DNA from: Epithemia pelagica
Lineage: Eukaryota; Protista; Bacillariophyta
Reading direction: 5' to 3'
NCBI GenBank assembly: GCA_946965045.2
Contig: OX337233.1
Span: 3,797,473 to 3,861,472, forward strand
DNA length: 64,000 nucleotides
The notes under the pieces are model-generated. The model had not been told where the DNA came from. It did not search any database and was given only the letters and a program-made list of their open reading frames with translations. Position numbers and translations under genes: made by a program. Position 1 is the stretch's first letter. Every line of letters begins with the position of its first letter. Positions 22,856 through 34,500 of the stretch are shown here, one piece after another.

Positions 22856-23138
22856 CTTTTTTGAGCAAACTTTGGTTTGTTCTTGCTGACTATTGTTTGA
22901 TGACCCCTCTCCCCTCTCATTCTTTAACCGAAACAAGATAGGGCATATGTGAATTTGCAAATGCCTTATCAATAGCGGCACTATTGTATAACGGAGATCG
23001 TGGAGTTCATTTCCTCTTGGCTCCGCTAACCCGCTATCCGGATAGCGAGGCCAATCAGAAAGCTCGAATACGTCAGCATAGCGGCGCTCGGGTGGAGATA
23101 GCCTTATGGTCTTGTTTTTGTTAGGGTCGCTTCACCGG

Positions 23139-23902
23139 GTAGTATAATTACTTCCCGGTGTCGAGTCCTTTCAAGGAGGGACCGCCCGGCGCGAAGGGTA
23201 GAATGGTCGAGGAGGGCATGCGCCCTCCTCGACCATTGCCCGTCGAGTCATTCTCCCGACAAGCCGGGCGCGCCCGACGCGGGAGGACGGCCAGACACAG
23301 GGAAGTAATTATTTGCTTACACTCCCTATCAAGAGCTGTGTAGGTAGTGAGAACTTCCTCTAAGACGTGTCACACAGTTGTCACACATGTGTCACACAAA
23401 TGTCACACACCAGGTAGGAAACCGCGCGGCCAGCACGAAAACCCTGAACACTACTTCCCAATCGTACAATAAATTCTTACTGTAGTATAAAAATGTGAGA
23501 CGAAGTCTGGCCCAGACTGTCATTGACGTCCTAACTCCATACCAGACTGTGTGGGTAGTTCGTCTCATATTTTTATACTAGAGTAGGAATTTTTTGTACG
23601 ACCGGGAAGTAGTTTCGTGCGAGTCGCGCGGTTTCCCTTTCGTGTGTGACACTTGTGTGACACTTGTGTGACACATTGTGACATGGCTTTCAGGAATTTC
23701 CCACTACCTAAAGTTTACTACTTCCCTCTGTCTGGCCGTCCTCTCGCGTCTGGCGCGCCCGGCTTGTCGGGAGAATGACTCGACGGGCAATTATCTTGTC
23801 GGGCGTGCGCCCTCCTCGACCATTGCCCTCCTCGTCAATCGACCCTCCGCGCCGGGCGGTCCCTCCTTGAAAGGACTCGACACCAGGAAGTATTAATACT
23901 AC
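23139..23902. mobile_element. Non-coding foldback (long imperfect palindrome), probable non-autonomous element
   Basis: The left arm (23139-23504) pairs with the right arm (23559-23902), e.g. TACTTCCCGGTGTCGAGTCCTTTCAAGGAGGGACCGCCCGGCGCG versus its near reverse complement ending at ~23892. The loop is 54 nt. No TSD was identified. Confidence 0.7.
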
Positions 23903-24079
23903 TTATCGAATTGCATCGGGAATAGCTATCTTCTGTACCAATCTGTGTACAATCGGTCGCTGGTAGTCACATTAATTTCATTCAAAGGACTTGCACGACA
24001 TGGAATGTCGTATCAAAATTGGGATATGGAACAATATGCTCCGGGTCTGCTTCCAATATTTTTCCTTCCTTTGAAGACT

Positions 24080-24252
24080 ACAATGACGTTGGGCCACGCC
24101 ATCTTTACCTCTCAAGTCTCAGTGCCGACAAGCCCGCACTGGAATGGTGTCGTCACACATCGACCACAATGACGTTGGGCCACGCCATCTTTACCTCTCA
24201 AGTCTCAATGCCGACAAGCCCGCACTGGAATGGTGTCGTCACACATCGACCA
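24080..24252. repeat. 86-bp tandem duplication
   Basis: ACAATGACGTTGGGCCACGCC... occurs at 24080 and 24166; copies differ at about one base. Confidence 0.9.
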
Positions 24253-24540
24253 ATCGCATGGCACTGGGCGACGTCCAATTGGTCGCTGAAGCCGTGTTGT
24301 TGTGGTGTGGTTCGACCATCCCCAACTCCTCCGCGAAAATTGATGGCGATTGGCACTGCTCGTATTGCTTCAACTTAGGGATATCAAACACCACTTCTGA
24401 TGGGTTCATTTTTTCGTGTCTCTCACTTCGTCAAGGCAAACGATCGCACACGCACAAAAAAGAGACCAGCAGCTCCTTTTTGGATCCACCAACCGCAACA
24501 TCCACACCGTCTTTTTCATTCTTTGATTCAAGCTGCAAGC

Positions 24541-26374
24541 ATGGCTCCATTGTCCAACCAAGACGCACGACAACCTCCCAACAATCGGTCCAGTAACATG
24601 TCTTCTTCCTCTTCCTCTTCCTCTTCTACCCAACGTTCATCCGCGCCAACATCGGCGCTGAAACAAGCTCAAGAGAGGCACCAAGTGTCCTTTGCAGAGG
24701 TTGAGGAAGCCAATACGGCCGAGTCCACTTCGTTTCAAGACAAGCTTTCGGATGAACCTGAATCTGCTTATTTCGGAGCACCGGTACGTGATGACTAGAA
24801 CAAAGATATTGAAGAAGTGAGTATTTTGGGGGGCCATTCGCTGACAATTTTTCTTTGTCATGTTTGATTGAACACTTTAGACCAGTAACTGGAAAAAGTA
24901 TTCTTCCTACACTTTGCAAGTGGACCCCAAACAAGATGATAAGGCGACGGAAATTGAGTTGCTTTCCCTCGAACGCCCACACATGCGTGCCTTTCATTGC
25001 TCCTGGTGGTGCTTCTTTACAGCCTTTTTCATTTGGTTCGCCATTGCTCCCCTCTTGTCTGAAATTCGTGATGATTTGGACATTTCCGATGCCGAAGTTT
25101 GGACCTCCTCCATTGTTGGTGTGGGTGGAACCATCTTTATGCGCTTTCTGCTCGGCCCTCTTTGTGACAAGTATGGAGCTCGGATTCTCTTTGCCATTGT
25201 CCTCTGTGTGGCCTCCATTCCTACAGCTTGCACGGGGTTGATTCAAGATGCCACAGATCTGGCCATTTTGCGTCTCTTTATCGGTATTGCCGGTGGTACC
25301 TTTGTCATGTGTCAGTATTGGATCTCCACCATGTTTGCACGAGAAGTTGTGGGTACCGCTAATGCCTTGGGAGCTGGATGGGGTAATTTGGGTGGAGGTG
25401 TGACGCAAATTGTCGTTGGATCCATGCTGTTTCCTCTCTTCAAGGTGATTTTCGATGGCGATTCGGAGCAATCTTGGCGAACCGTCTGTATTGTGCCCGC
25501 TATCATGGCCTTCATCAGTGGCGTTGTGGTGTACCTGGTATCCGATGATTCTCCCAAGGGACAGTATTGGGAACGCAAGAAGCATAAGAACATGCCCGAA
25601 GTGTCGGCCACCAAGTCCTTTAAGCAAGCCTCGTACAATTGGAATACCTGGGTCTTATTTATTCAGTATGCCTGCTGCTGTGGTGTGGAATTGACCATGA
25701 ACAACGCTGTGGCATTGTACTTTAAGGACGAATTCGGACAATCGACGGAATCGGCAGCCGCCATTGCTTCCATCTTTGGTTGGATGAACTTGTTTGCTCG
25801 AGGTATGGGTGGTATCTTTTCCGATTACGCCAATGCTCAATGGGGCGGCATGGGCGGTCGTATTTTGGTACAAACCTACTTTTTGGCCTTTGAAGGAGTC
25901 TTGATTCTCGTCTTTGCCAGTTGCCAAACCTTGGCTGGAGCCATTATCATCATGATTGTCTTTTCCCTCTTTGTCCAAGCCGCCGAAGGTTCCAGCTACG
26001 GTATTGTCCCCTATGTGGATCCTCCTTGTACGGGTGCCATTTGCGGTATTGTGGGTGCCGGTGGCAACGTGGGCGCTGTGGGTTTCAGTTTGGGATTCCG
26101 TCAAATGTCCTACCGGCCCGCCTTTTTCATCATGGGCTTTTCCATCCTCGTGTCGTCCCTCCTTTCTATTTTTATCAAGATTGAAGGTCACTCCACCTTG
26201 TTGTCTGGAGGCGACACTCCCGAAGAGCAAGCAGATGAAAAGGTGGAAGAACAACGACAAAAGGGAGTTGCACACTTTTTGCATTTGCGACTTCCCTGGC
26301 GCAAGGAAGCCGCCGCCAAGGCCAAGGCGGAAGCCGCTGCAGCGGCCAATGGCGAAGAGATCCCATCATCCTAA
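24541..26374 (+). CDS. NRT2: High-affinity nitrate transporter (MFS, NRT2 family); join(24541..24783,24881..26374)
   Basis: Motifs RPHMRAFH, MCQYW, GWGNLGGG, GVELTMNN, MNLFARGMGG and GIVGAGGNVG are present, with a phase-0 GT-AG intron at 24784-24880. Confidence 0.95.
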
Positions 26375-26517
26375 AAATGACATGGACCCACGGATGCTTT
26401 TGCGCCTTGTCTCAACCACTTTCGCCAAGGGTGTTTGGCAGACGACTGTGGCCATAAGGTAAACCGAGAACGGGAGAGAGGGTTTGTTGTCACAGGTCTA
26501 CATAGTCGACGATGTGG

Positions 26518-26639
26518 ACAATGTGCACCCATTGCTCAAAGTTACAGGCAGTGGTGACTACCGACCCAAGCTATATTACAATGTGCACCCATTGCTCAAA
26601 GTTACAGGCAGTGGTGACTACCGACCCAAGCTATATTAC
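26518..26639. repeat. Perfect 60-bp tandem duplication downstream of NRT2
   Basis: Sequence lines 26521 and 26581 are identical over 59 nt. Confidence 0.95.
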
Positions 26640-27604
26640 CCGTCTTTCTATTGTACCATTTCCATATTTTTGTGGGTTGTCTTCTGGGGGCAAGCAAGAA
26701 AATGATCCACACTTGTACTGACATACTTCACATAACTACATGAGGAGTATGCGAGACTCCTCGTAACTCCCAAAGTGATAGATTCTCAACTTTAGAAAAT
26801 ATCATCTTTCTTTCGACAATCGTTTCTTGGCCATGGCCACAATTTGGGACTATCTACTCCTAGGAGTAGTTGTCCTAGGAGTACCTCACACTCACACATC
26901 TTCATAGCCGGGGTAGATAGACAATCGTTGCAAAGGCGACAGGCGACTCATGACTCGCCTTACGTACGTGAAATGCGGAATGCGGGCTCCTTTTCCTTTT
27001 GTGCCGCACGTGACATCTGCCGAGTATATGACCGTGCCAAAGTTATGCCCACCCATTCCATTGCCTAATGACTGAAGTGATTGACCATGCCTCAATTATG
27101 CCCATCCACTGAGAAGTTATAATGGCTGATGAGTGACCATGCCCAACTAGTGCCCAGACCTCACCCATCCGAAAATCCTCGTTAAATGACGAAATTGACA
27201 GTTGACAGTTGACAGTGCCTAAAATAATAATACGAGTATGACCACTTCCACTTTCTTTCAGGCGCCTTAAAATGAAAGTACTCGTAAGAGTACGAACTAC
27301 GAGTACACGTACAACACAAAGAAGTTGACACAGAAACCGTGTGAACCCATTCCTCTTCCCTCTTCCCCCTAGCATCCATCCAGTATCCAATAAGTATATC
27401 TAGAGTTGCCCCAAAATCCAAAATCCCTGCCAAGAATGCAAGAATGTCAGATGCAGATTGGTCAAAGAATTATCCCCTACCCAACCAGTTTTGTCTCGAC
27501 AGATACGAAATCTCTATGAATAAAAAATGCTCCTATTCGTAGTGATCGATGAGATTGTCTCACAAAATTAGTCGAACGACGAAAGAGCACCAACAACAGT
27601 AAAA

Positions 27605-28765
27605 ATGGTTCGATGGTCTCAATCTCGTTCGACAATGTCATTTCGGTATCGTTGTCTGTGCTTCGTCACAGTGAGCATAATATCAACCCTTACGCTTTTC
27701 ATTGATTTGTGTACCTTGCCCCAAGCAAACTACTCCGTCGACAGTGTTTCGATGGAACAAGAGCCCAACGCAACTCCCCCCTTGTCCTCATCGTTACCTC
27801 CCCCGTCCGTCTCGTCATGGTTTGGTAAGCCCCCAACGGATGAAGAACGACAAGCCAAGTGGCGCTATATGCAAGAGCAGGAAGCCAACAATACAAAAGA
27901 GTGGAGACGATTGCGTAAATGGGAAATCAAACAAGGTGTTCAACGCATCTACTACATCAATTTGGACAAGAACTTTGGTCGTCGTCAGCAAATGGAGAAT
28001 GCCTTGCAACAGGTCCAGCCTCCGATTCCGTACTATCGATTTGCCGCTCTCACCGGCACCTTGGATGGTTCTCAATGCGTCAAGGGGAAGCAAGACTCGG
28101 CATGGTGTCGTGGCATTTCCGGTTTGTCGGACACGAATCGTCGTCTCTTGGAAACGCAAAACATGTCTGGTGGCTTGACCATGATATTGGAGGACGATTA
28201 TGTGCTTGCGCCGAATCGGACACTATGGGAAGCCGCCATTCAACTGGTACCCGACGACAATTGGGATGTCATTCGGTTCATGCTGAAAAACCCCAATAGC
28301 ATGTTTCCTCAAGTTACTCCTCGAAGGGGTGTGGCACCCTGGGACTTCAACAAGACAATGGAGGAGAATGTCCGAAAGCCAGCACCTCCTCCTGTGTATC
28401 GATACACCAAGCCCAAACGCAAGAACACGGAAGGTGATATCTGCCAAGGAACGCATGTACAGATCTGGCGAGAATCGTCCTTGTACAAGCTGCATCGGTT
28501 GTGGAGTCGCCGTCCGTACGAGGATATCGATTGTGCCTTTACCATGGCCAAGCCGGCGATCCGATCCTATGTCGTGGGTGTGTTTGGAGACCACGATTCC
28601 GTGGAATACTTGGGAGACATTATCAAGCCACCCAATGAAGACACTGACATTCCGAAACAGGACCACCAACTCCAAAAGAATAATTTCGTTCTTGTGAAAA
28701 GAGCCGATATGAAACGTCTTCCCAAAAACGCCAAGGGACTCTTCTTCCGACAGCAAAGAGGTTGA
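27605..28765 (+). CDS. Type II membrane glycosyltransferase, GT25-like
   Basis: An N-terminal TM segment is followed by YYINLDKNFGRRQQM and MILEDDYVL, which match the GT25 pattern (YxINL..R..R and LEDD). Confidence 0.7.
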   Translation: MVRWSQSRSTMSFRYRCLCFVTVSIISTLTLFIDLCTLPQANYSVDSVSMEQEPNATPPLSSSLPPPSVSSWFGKPPTDEERQAKWRYMQEQEANNTKEWRRLRKWEIKQGVQRIYYINLDKNFGRRQQMENALQQVQPPIPYYRFAALTGTLDGSQCVKGKQDSAWCRGISGLSDTNRRLLETQNMSGGLTMILEDDYVLAPNRTLWEAAIQLVPDDNWDVIRFMLKNPNSMFPQVTPRRGVAPWDFNKTMEENVRKPAPPPVYRYTKPKRKNTEGDICQGTHVQIWRESSLYKLHRLWSRRPYEDIDCAFTMAKPAIRSYVVGVFGDHDSVEYLGDIIKPPNEDTDIPKQDHQLQKNNFVLVKRADMKRLPKNAKGLFFRQQRG

Positions 28766-29838
28766 TTCCCTTCGCAACAGCAGTCTGTCCAATACAGTTT
28801 TACAATATTTTTAAGCTTTACAAAGTTAGTATCAAGTCATGACGCTTCATCTTGAAACTTTTAGACGAGTCTAATGCGTACTGGTCCATGAATGCTGTAG
28901 TACAGGACTCGAGGACGAAGTTTATTGCACTGACTGCTATAGATCTGTCGAAGCACAGAAAGTGGTCGGTCTCTTTGTCATGTTTCTGTCCTGTTTCCTG
29001 ACCCGATTGTAGAACCACAGGAATAGTACTACTACTTCTTTATCGCCTTGTTGTTGTTGGTCTGGACCAATGCCGCCCTACCTGGAAGAATCATACAGAT
29101 TCCTCCAGATAAATGACAAATAACGTTCTATTAGTAGCATGGCCACACACGTTTTGTTGGTATTTTTGTTCCGACAAAAAAGTCCCTCCTACTCTTGTCC
29201 CTCTCCACTCTGCTCCTTTGCCATTGGGTGCCTCTTCTGGAGCCAAACTCAAACTGGCTTTTGTCCGAGAGTGATGGAGCAAAATTCTTTGTTTTTGGTT
29301 TTTCGAAATACAGATTCACTGTAGTTGGTTCAGACCACTGTTACCCTATTCACAAGACCAGAAACAATACTACTGTGATTCCTCCAGATGAGTGAGAAAC
29401 GTTCTAGGTGGTAACATGTCCACACGCTTTTGGTTGGTAGTATTGTTCCGGTCTTGGTGTTGTGAATCCTTGCCGCCAGACGTACAAGCACACACACACA
29501 TCTCTGTCTTGTAGGACTAGCTAGCTCCATAGCTAGAGTAGCAGTTGCGGGTCAAACTGAATCCTATTCCACATATGGTTGAGACCGCGATCCAACGGAC
29601 AGGAGAACCTACGGACCGTGCCGGACGCGCCAAACTCCTATTGCTCCCACGACTGCTTGTCGAAACTCACGACGGGACTATGATGGCGAGGAGGTTGGTG
29701 TGAGAAAGTCGCTGTTTGTGGCCAAGCAAGTCAGGTCGATGGAAGGATCCTTCTCTTTGTTCCAGAACGTACTCGCAACAAGCCGGGAACAGGGATTATC
29801 ACAACGAAACGCCTGAGATCCATTCTGAAAGATAGTGC

Positions 29839-30122
29839 AGAGTGATTTGCTTGCTGCATAACACACCAAGAACCGCAGTTTTTACAAGAAGGACCCATGG
29901 TGATAACACAACACCGAACAATTGCTTGTCCGAGAGTGACAACAAGATTTTTTGTTTTTGGAAAAAATGGGACAAAATATAGAGTGATTTGCTTTGCTGG
30001 ATAACACCAAGAACCGCAGTTTTTACAAGGAGGACCCATGGTGATAACACAACAACAAAGAACAATTGCGTGTTGTCCTAGAGTGACAGCAAAATTTGGT
30101 TTTGGAAAAAATGGGACAAAAT
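29839..30122. repeat. ~142-bp imperfect tandem duplication, intergenic
   Basis: AGAGTGATTTGCT occurs at 29839 and 29981, and both copies end in GGAAAAAATGGGACAAAAT. Confidence 0.85.
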
Positions 30123-30604
30123 TGATACAGTCTCGTAATGACTGACCTGGTGCGCGCGAATGACTGCGCGTGTGGGTGGCCTGGCGCTCATTTTGGGCAT
30201 GGTAGCAGTGGTAGCAATGGGCTAGATAGAGGCCATGACACATGACACTGCGACACGATGAATCTTCAGGAAGATTCTTCGCCTTGGAGTCCACATCAGT
30301 GAGTGACGACGACCAAGCGACTGCGACTCCAAACAATAACAGACATGAATCATCCCTCCAGAGAAAAAGTGACGGATGAATCCATGAATCATCCACAACA
30401 TGATGCCTGACTCCTCACTCACCGAACAAACGAAACCAATTAGTTGTGGCTCGTAGGTACGTACGTGCCGACGATTGTAAAGCGCAGATACCTTTTCTCG
30501 TTTCCTCGCTCGTTGATCTCTCACCACAAATTCTGTCTCGAACCGACGACACCCAACGACAACCACACAAGTACAACCACCTTTCTAGTATCATCATCAT
30601 CACC

Positions 30605-31249
30605 ATGGCGCAACCATTACGATCAAGCTGGACGTTCTTGGCCCTCATTGCCACCACCTGCATGACCTTTTCCCACGTGCAAGCCTTTACCAGTATTGCA
30701 CCGCCCTCGTCGTCGTCGAGTTCGACGCGTCGTTTCCTGTCCGAGGCGGTCGCCGAAGCACCCACTGAAGAAGCCGTTGAGGTGGAAGAAGAGGAAACGG
30801 CGGAACCGGCGGCTCCTGTTCCTGAACCAACGGGTTTGACCATGAAACTGGTGCGCAAGAGTATTGACGACTTGACGGCCGACAATTTTGCGTCGACGTT
30901 GGAAACACTGGAACCCTTTTTCTTGTACGAGGCTGGTACCAGTATTTATTCCAAATCCATGCGTCGCATTGGTAACAAGGCCAAGGAGCTGGACGTGACG
31001 GTCCCGACGGACTATGCCAAGGCCGCCAAGTGCGTGGCCAAACGTCGGGAAAAACAAGACGCCTTTATTGCCGTCAAGGAACAAGAACGAATGGACCGAG
31101 AAGCTGAAGAACGAGAAGCTGCCGAAGCGGCTGCGGCGGAAGCTGCTGCGGCGGCAGAAGCAGCAGCAGCTGCAGAAGCCGAAGCTGTCGAAGAACCAGC
31201 CGAAGAAGAAGAGGCTGCTCCGGTCGAAGAAGAAGCCGTGGCTGCCTAA
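30605..31249 (+). CDS. Probable plastid-targeted protein of unknown function with a Glu/Ala-rich tail
   Basis: The ATG at 30605 gives a signal peptide ending HVQA|FT, followed by a Ser-rich transit-like segment (diatom bipartite pattern). An ordered core is followed by an EAAAAE-rich coil. Confidence 0.7.
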   Translation: MAQPLRSSWTFLALIATTCMTFSHVQAFTSIAPPSSSSSSTRRFLSEAVAEAPTEEAVEVEEEETAEPAAPVPEPTGLTMKLVRKSIDDLTADNFASTLETLEPFFLYEAGTSIYSKSMRRIGNKAKELDVTVPTDYAKAAKCVAKRREKQDAFIAVKEQERMDREAEEREAAEAAAAEAAAAAEAAAAAEAEAVEEPAEEEEAAPVEEEAVAA

Positions 31250-31273
31250 GCTGTGAGTGTGTAGTTATGATAG

Positions 31274-31534
31274 GTCTCTATAGGAGAGAGGGATCATGTC
31301 GTAATCTATCGCGTGGCTACCAAAACTGTGCGTTTGTAGGAATAATAATGTCTCTACAGAGAGCAACACATACGTCGTAATCTAGAGTGGTTTCCGAAAC
31401 TGTGAGTTTGTAGTAATAAGATATGTCTCTATGAGAGAGGGATCATGTCGTAATTCATCGCGTGGTTACCTAAACTGTGCGTTTGTAGGAATAAAAATGT
31501 CTCTATAGAGAAGAACGAATACGTCGTAATCTAG
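31274..31534. repeat. ~75-bp degenerate tandem repeat (A-B-A-B, ~3.5 units) between two convergent 3' ends
   Basis: GTCTCTA starts at 31274, 31350, 31425 and 31499. Units 1/3 and 2/4 are more alike. Confidence 0.85.
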
Positions 31535-31554
31535 TGTCAGCCATTTTCTCAGAA

Positions 31555-34500
31555 TCAAAAGGAAGCTTCCTGAACAGCCTTGAGGGAACGTTCGTAAAAG
31601 TCCAAATGAGAAAACATTTCTTCGCCCGCGGCACGGGCCAAATGCTTGGGAATTCCCGAGCTGCCGCTCGTCTGAGAGGTACCACCTGTCGAGCCGCGTG
31701 GGGCCAAAGAGGCATGACGTCCTGCATGCGGATTGTGCGAATGGGAGCGACTCGGTGGTGGAGGAATATTCTTGTTGTGAGAAGGCATGGAGGATGATAG
31801 CAGGGAGGAGGATGCCAATCGATTGTGTGGTCGCACGGAATTGGATGTGCCTGGAACTGGATAGTCCATGGATGGTTGTGGAGACGTGGGAGTTTGCTTC
31901 TTTTTGGCCGCCATGCGGTCTCGGAAACGCTGCTTCACGCCTTCAATCTTTTGCTGATCAATCGGTTGTGTACCGGTAGCGGAAGGCGCAGTGCCAGGAG
32001 GAACTTGATTGTGGGTTGTTTCGAGAGATCGAGCCTGATGAGAAGTTTTTCCAAAGGCATCGTTGGCCGACGGACGAGATGGTGGTGGACGCTGGGCAAC
32101 GGCACTGGCCGGAGTCGGCAAATTCTCAAACACAGCCTTGTGTTCGCGCTGCGAAATGGCGGTCGAGGCTTCCGATTGCAACTCGGCCAACTTGAGCTGG
32201 ACACGTTCGAGTTCTTGCTGCGACTCTTGTCGAATCCAATCGGCTTCTTGTCGTGCCATGAGGGCTTCTCGTGCCGCAACCTCCGCCTTGAGTTCCGCCC
32301 GTTTGGCGCGACGGGCCCACATTTGGGCTTCGCGCTCTTCGTCGTGGTCCGTGTACAAGGACGACTCGTAAGTGACCACCGACGAGGCACCACAGACAGA
32401 CGTATCATTCTCAATGCGGACCAAGAGTGCTTCATACTTGGCAATCAATTTTTCAATCCGATCACGAACAAGAGTAAACGCTTGCTCGGCGACCACCAGT
32501 TGCTTTGAAACGGTCTTGACCTTTTCCATAGCCGACAGATATGCCATTTCCGATTCTGTCATGAAACCATTGTCCGCGTCTGCTTCTTCCTCCTTCATGA
32601 GTTCCTCTGCGACAAGTTGTTCTTTGGTAGCGATATTCAATGCTTTTCGGAGTTCGGCACAGCGTTCGTTCGTGAGCTTGAGCAAAATACTTTGGCAGTC
32701 ACCAATGGTAAACATTTCGAAACCTCGCAAATTACGGGGTCCCAAGGACGGACATCGGTACAACATAAAGTCTGTGTCGTCAATCCACTTGACGGCCTCC
32801 CAAAAGTGCCGACTACTGTTGTGACCACCACTGCTCAAGGTGCTGAATCCACTCACGACCGAACTTGCCGAGGAATGATGGCGGTGACTGTGATGAGGGT
32901 GCAACGGTCTCCGAATAAAATAGGTCCGTTCGGGTCGTCGGGTCAGCAAGGCCGTATTGACAACGTCTTTGGGACTGGCACCGTCACGCCACGCTTTGGC
33001 AACAATCACCGCGTCGCGAATTCGATGAGCCGTGCGATTGTAGGCCGTGAGAACCAGATCGTCCACAACCACAGTGCCTCCACGACGCTCTAATCCACGT
33101 TCCATATCCTTTTCCATAATTCGACTGCGCATTTCCAGTAAGGCGAATGCCTTGTTTTCATCCTCCAATCGTTCAAACTCTGTTAAATTGACCTTGCGGG
33201 TGATGCGGTCGGAAAGTTGTCGATAGACGCGCAACAGCTTCTTCATATGATCCGGTTCCACATAGTATTTGGCTAAACGGCTACTGCGAGGCGACTGCAC
33301 GACGCTCGTACCGTCACTGTATGGATCAATCGAGTCCTCTTCCGAGCCCTCATCGTCGTCAACATCATCATCCTCTTCTTCATATCGGTCAATGTCCTCA
33401 TGAGGATGCTGATAGTGATGCTGTCGGTAGGATTTTTCATTGTTTCCTCGTGAATGATGACGATGGGCAAGAGAATGGTGATTGTTATTGTCGTCTTCGT
33501 CGTCGTTGGAAGGAGCAAAGTGATGACTGGGAATCGAAGAGGACCCTTTGGAATCCACCAAGACAGCCGCGTCACTACCACGTTTCCCCGCATTCATCAT
33601 CTCGGCCACACTTGGTGTTCGCGTAAATCCATTGGATTCCACTTCACTGGTACTTAGAGCTTCGTCATAATCACTCGGCGTTTGTCGACTCACATAGCCC
33701 ATGGCGGAAGATTGAATGGCCGTTAAACCACCACCCAATAGCACCATCTTGTATTGATCTTGATCACTGTGTAGGGACGTAAAATTGCCTCCCTCCTCGT
33801 CCATGTCATCTTGGTGGGGTTCTTCGTCATTGCTCCTGGATTCCTTGGTGGCAACCGGTGAGAGGAGTGCAGCATCTTCTTGTTCTTCCGCAATGGCTTC
33901 CGGATAGTGTGCCTTCTTGATACGACTGTTGCTTCGAACAAATTTGTGAGGTTGCTGCAAGAGATGGGTTGCCGGATTATTGGCATTGCTCCCCTGCGGA
34001 TTGGTCGTAGCGTTTCCGTTGGGACCGGAGGACGCCGCGTTGGTAGTATTGGGTTCCTCCATCAGAGTCATGGGATTGGTAGCAATGCCATCAAACACAT
34101 CGCTTTCGGCATGAGTCTGTCTCGATGTGTGCGAGGAGTTTCCTCGCGACGAATTGTCCGAATCGTTCAAATCCATGAGGGCGGGAAAATCTTGCGTCTT
34201 GTCCAACAAGCCGCGAAATCCCTTGCTGCCAGCGGAATAGGTACGATGCGGAGGTGCCCAATGATTGTTGGCGGCCAGCGATTCCGCCGTGATGGAAGGC
34301 ACATTGGAATGACCTTGTGGTTCTTGTGAATAATGTTGTTGCGGATAGTGCTGTTGTTGAGAGCGCAACACCGATGCCGCTGCTGCTTCGGACATGGATC
34401 GACCTTGGCTAGCACCACCACCTCCATAGGGATTAAAGGACGACGACAATCCTGTTGCGGAGGTGGACGCCATGTGGGGCAAAAAGGGTGGCCCTCCGGC

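Larger units (their letters stand above)
20093..23103. mobile_element. Complete PIF/Harbinger DNA transposon (3011 bp)
   Basis: Perfect 15-bp TIRs GGCTATCTCCACCCG lie at 20093-20107 and 23089-23103, flanked by a TTA TSD (20090-20092 and 23104-23106). The element holds two convergent ORFs and subterminal CCGCTA/TAGCGG motifs. Confidence 0.95.

Noticed and set aside
23115-23126. TTTTTGTTAGGG, similar to the telomere junction sequence
   Set aside because: A single telomeric unit with a short T-rich match, no structural boundary attributable to it, and compatible with chance.
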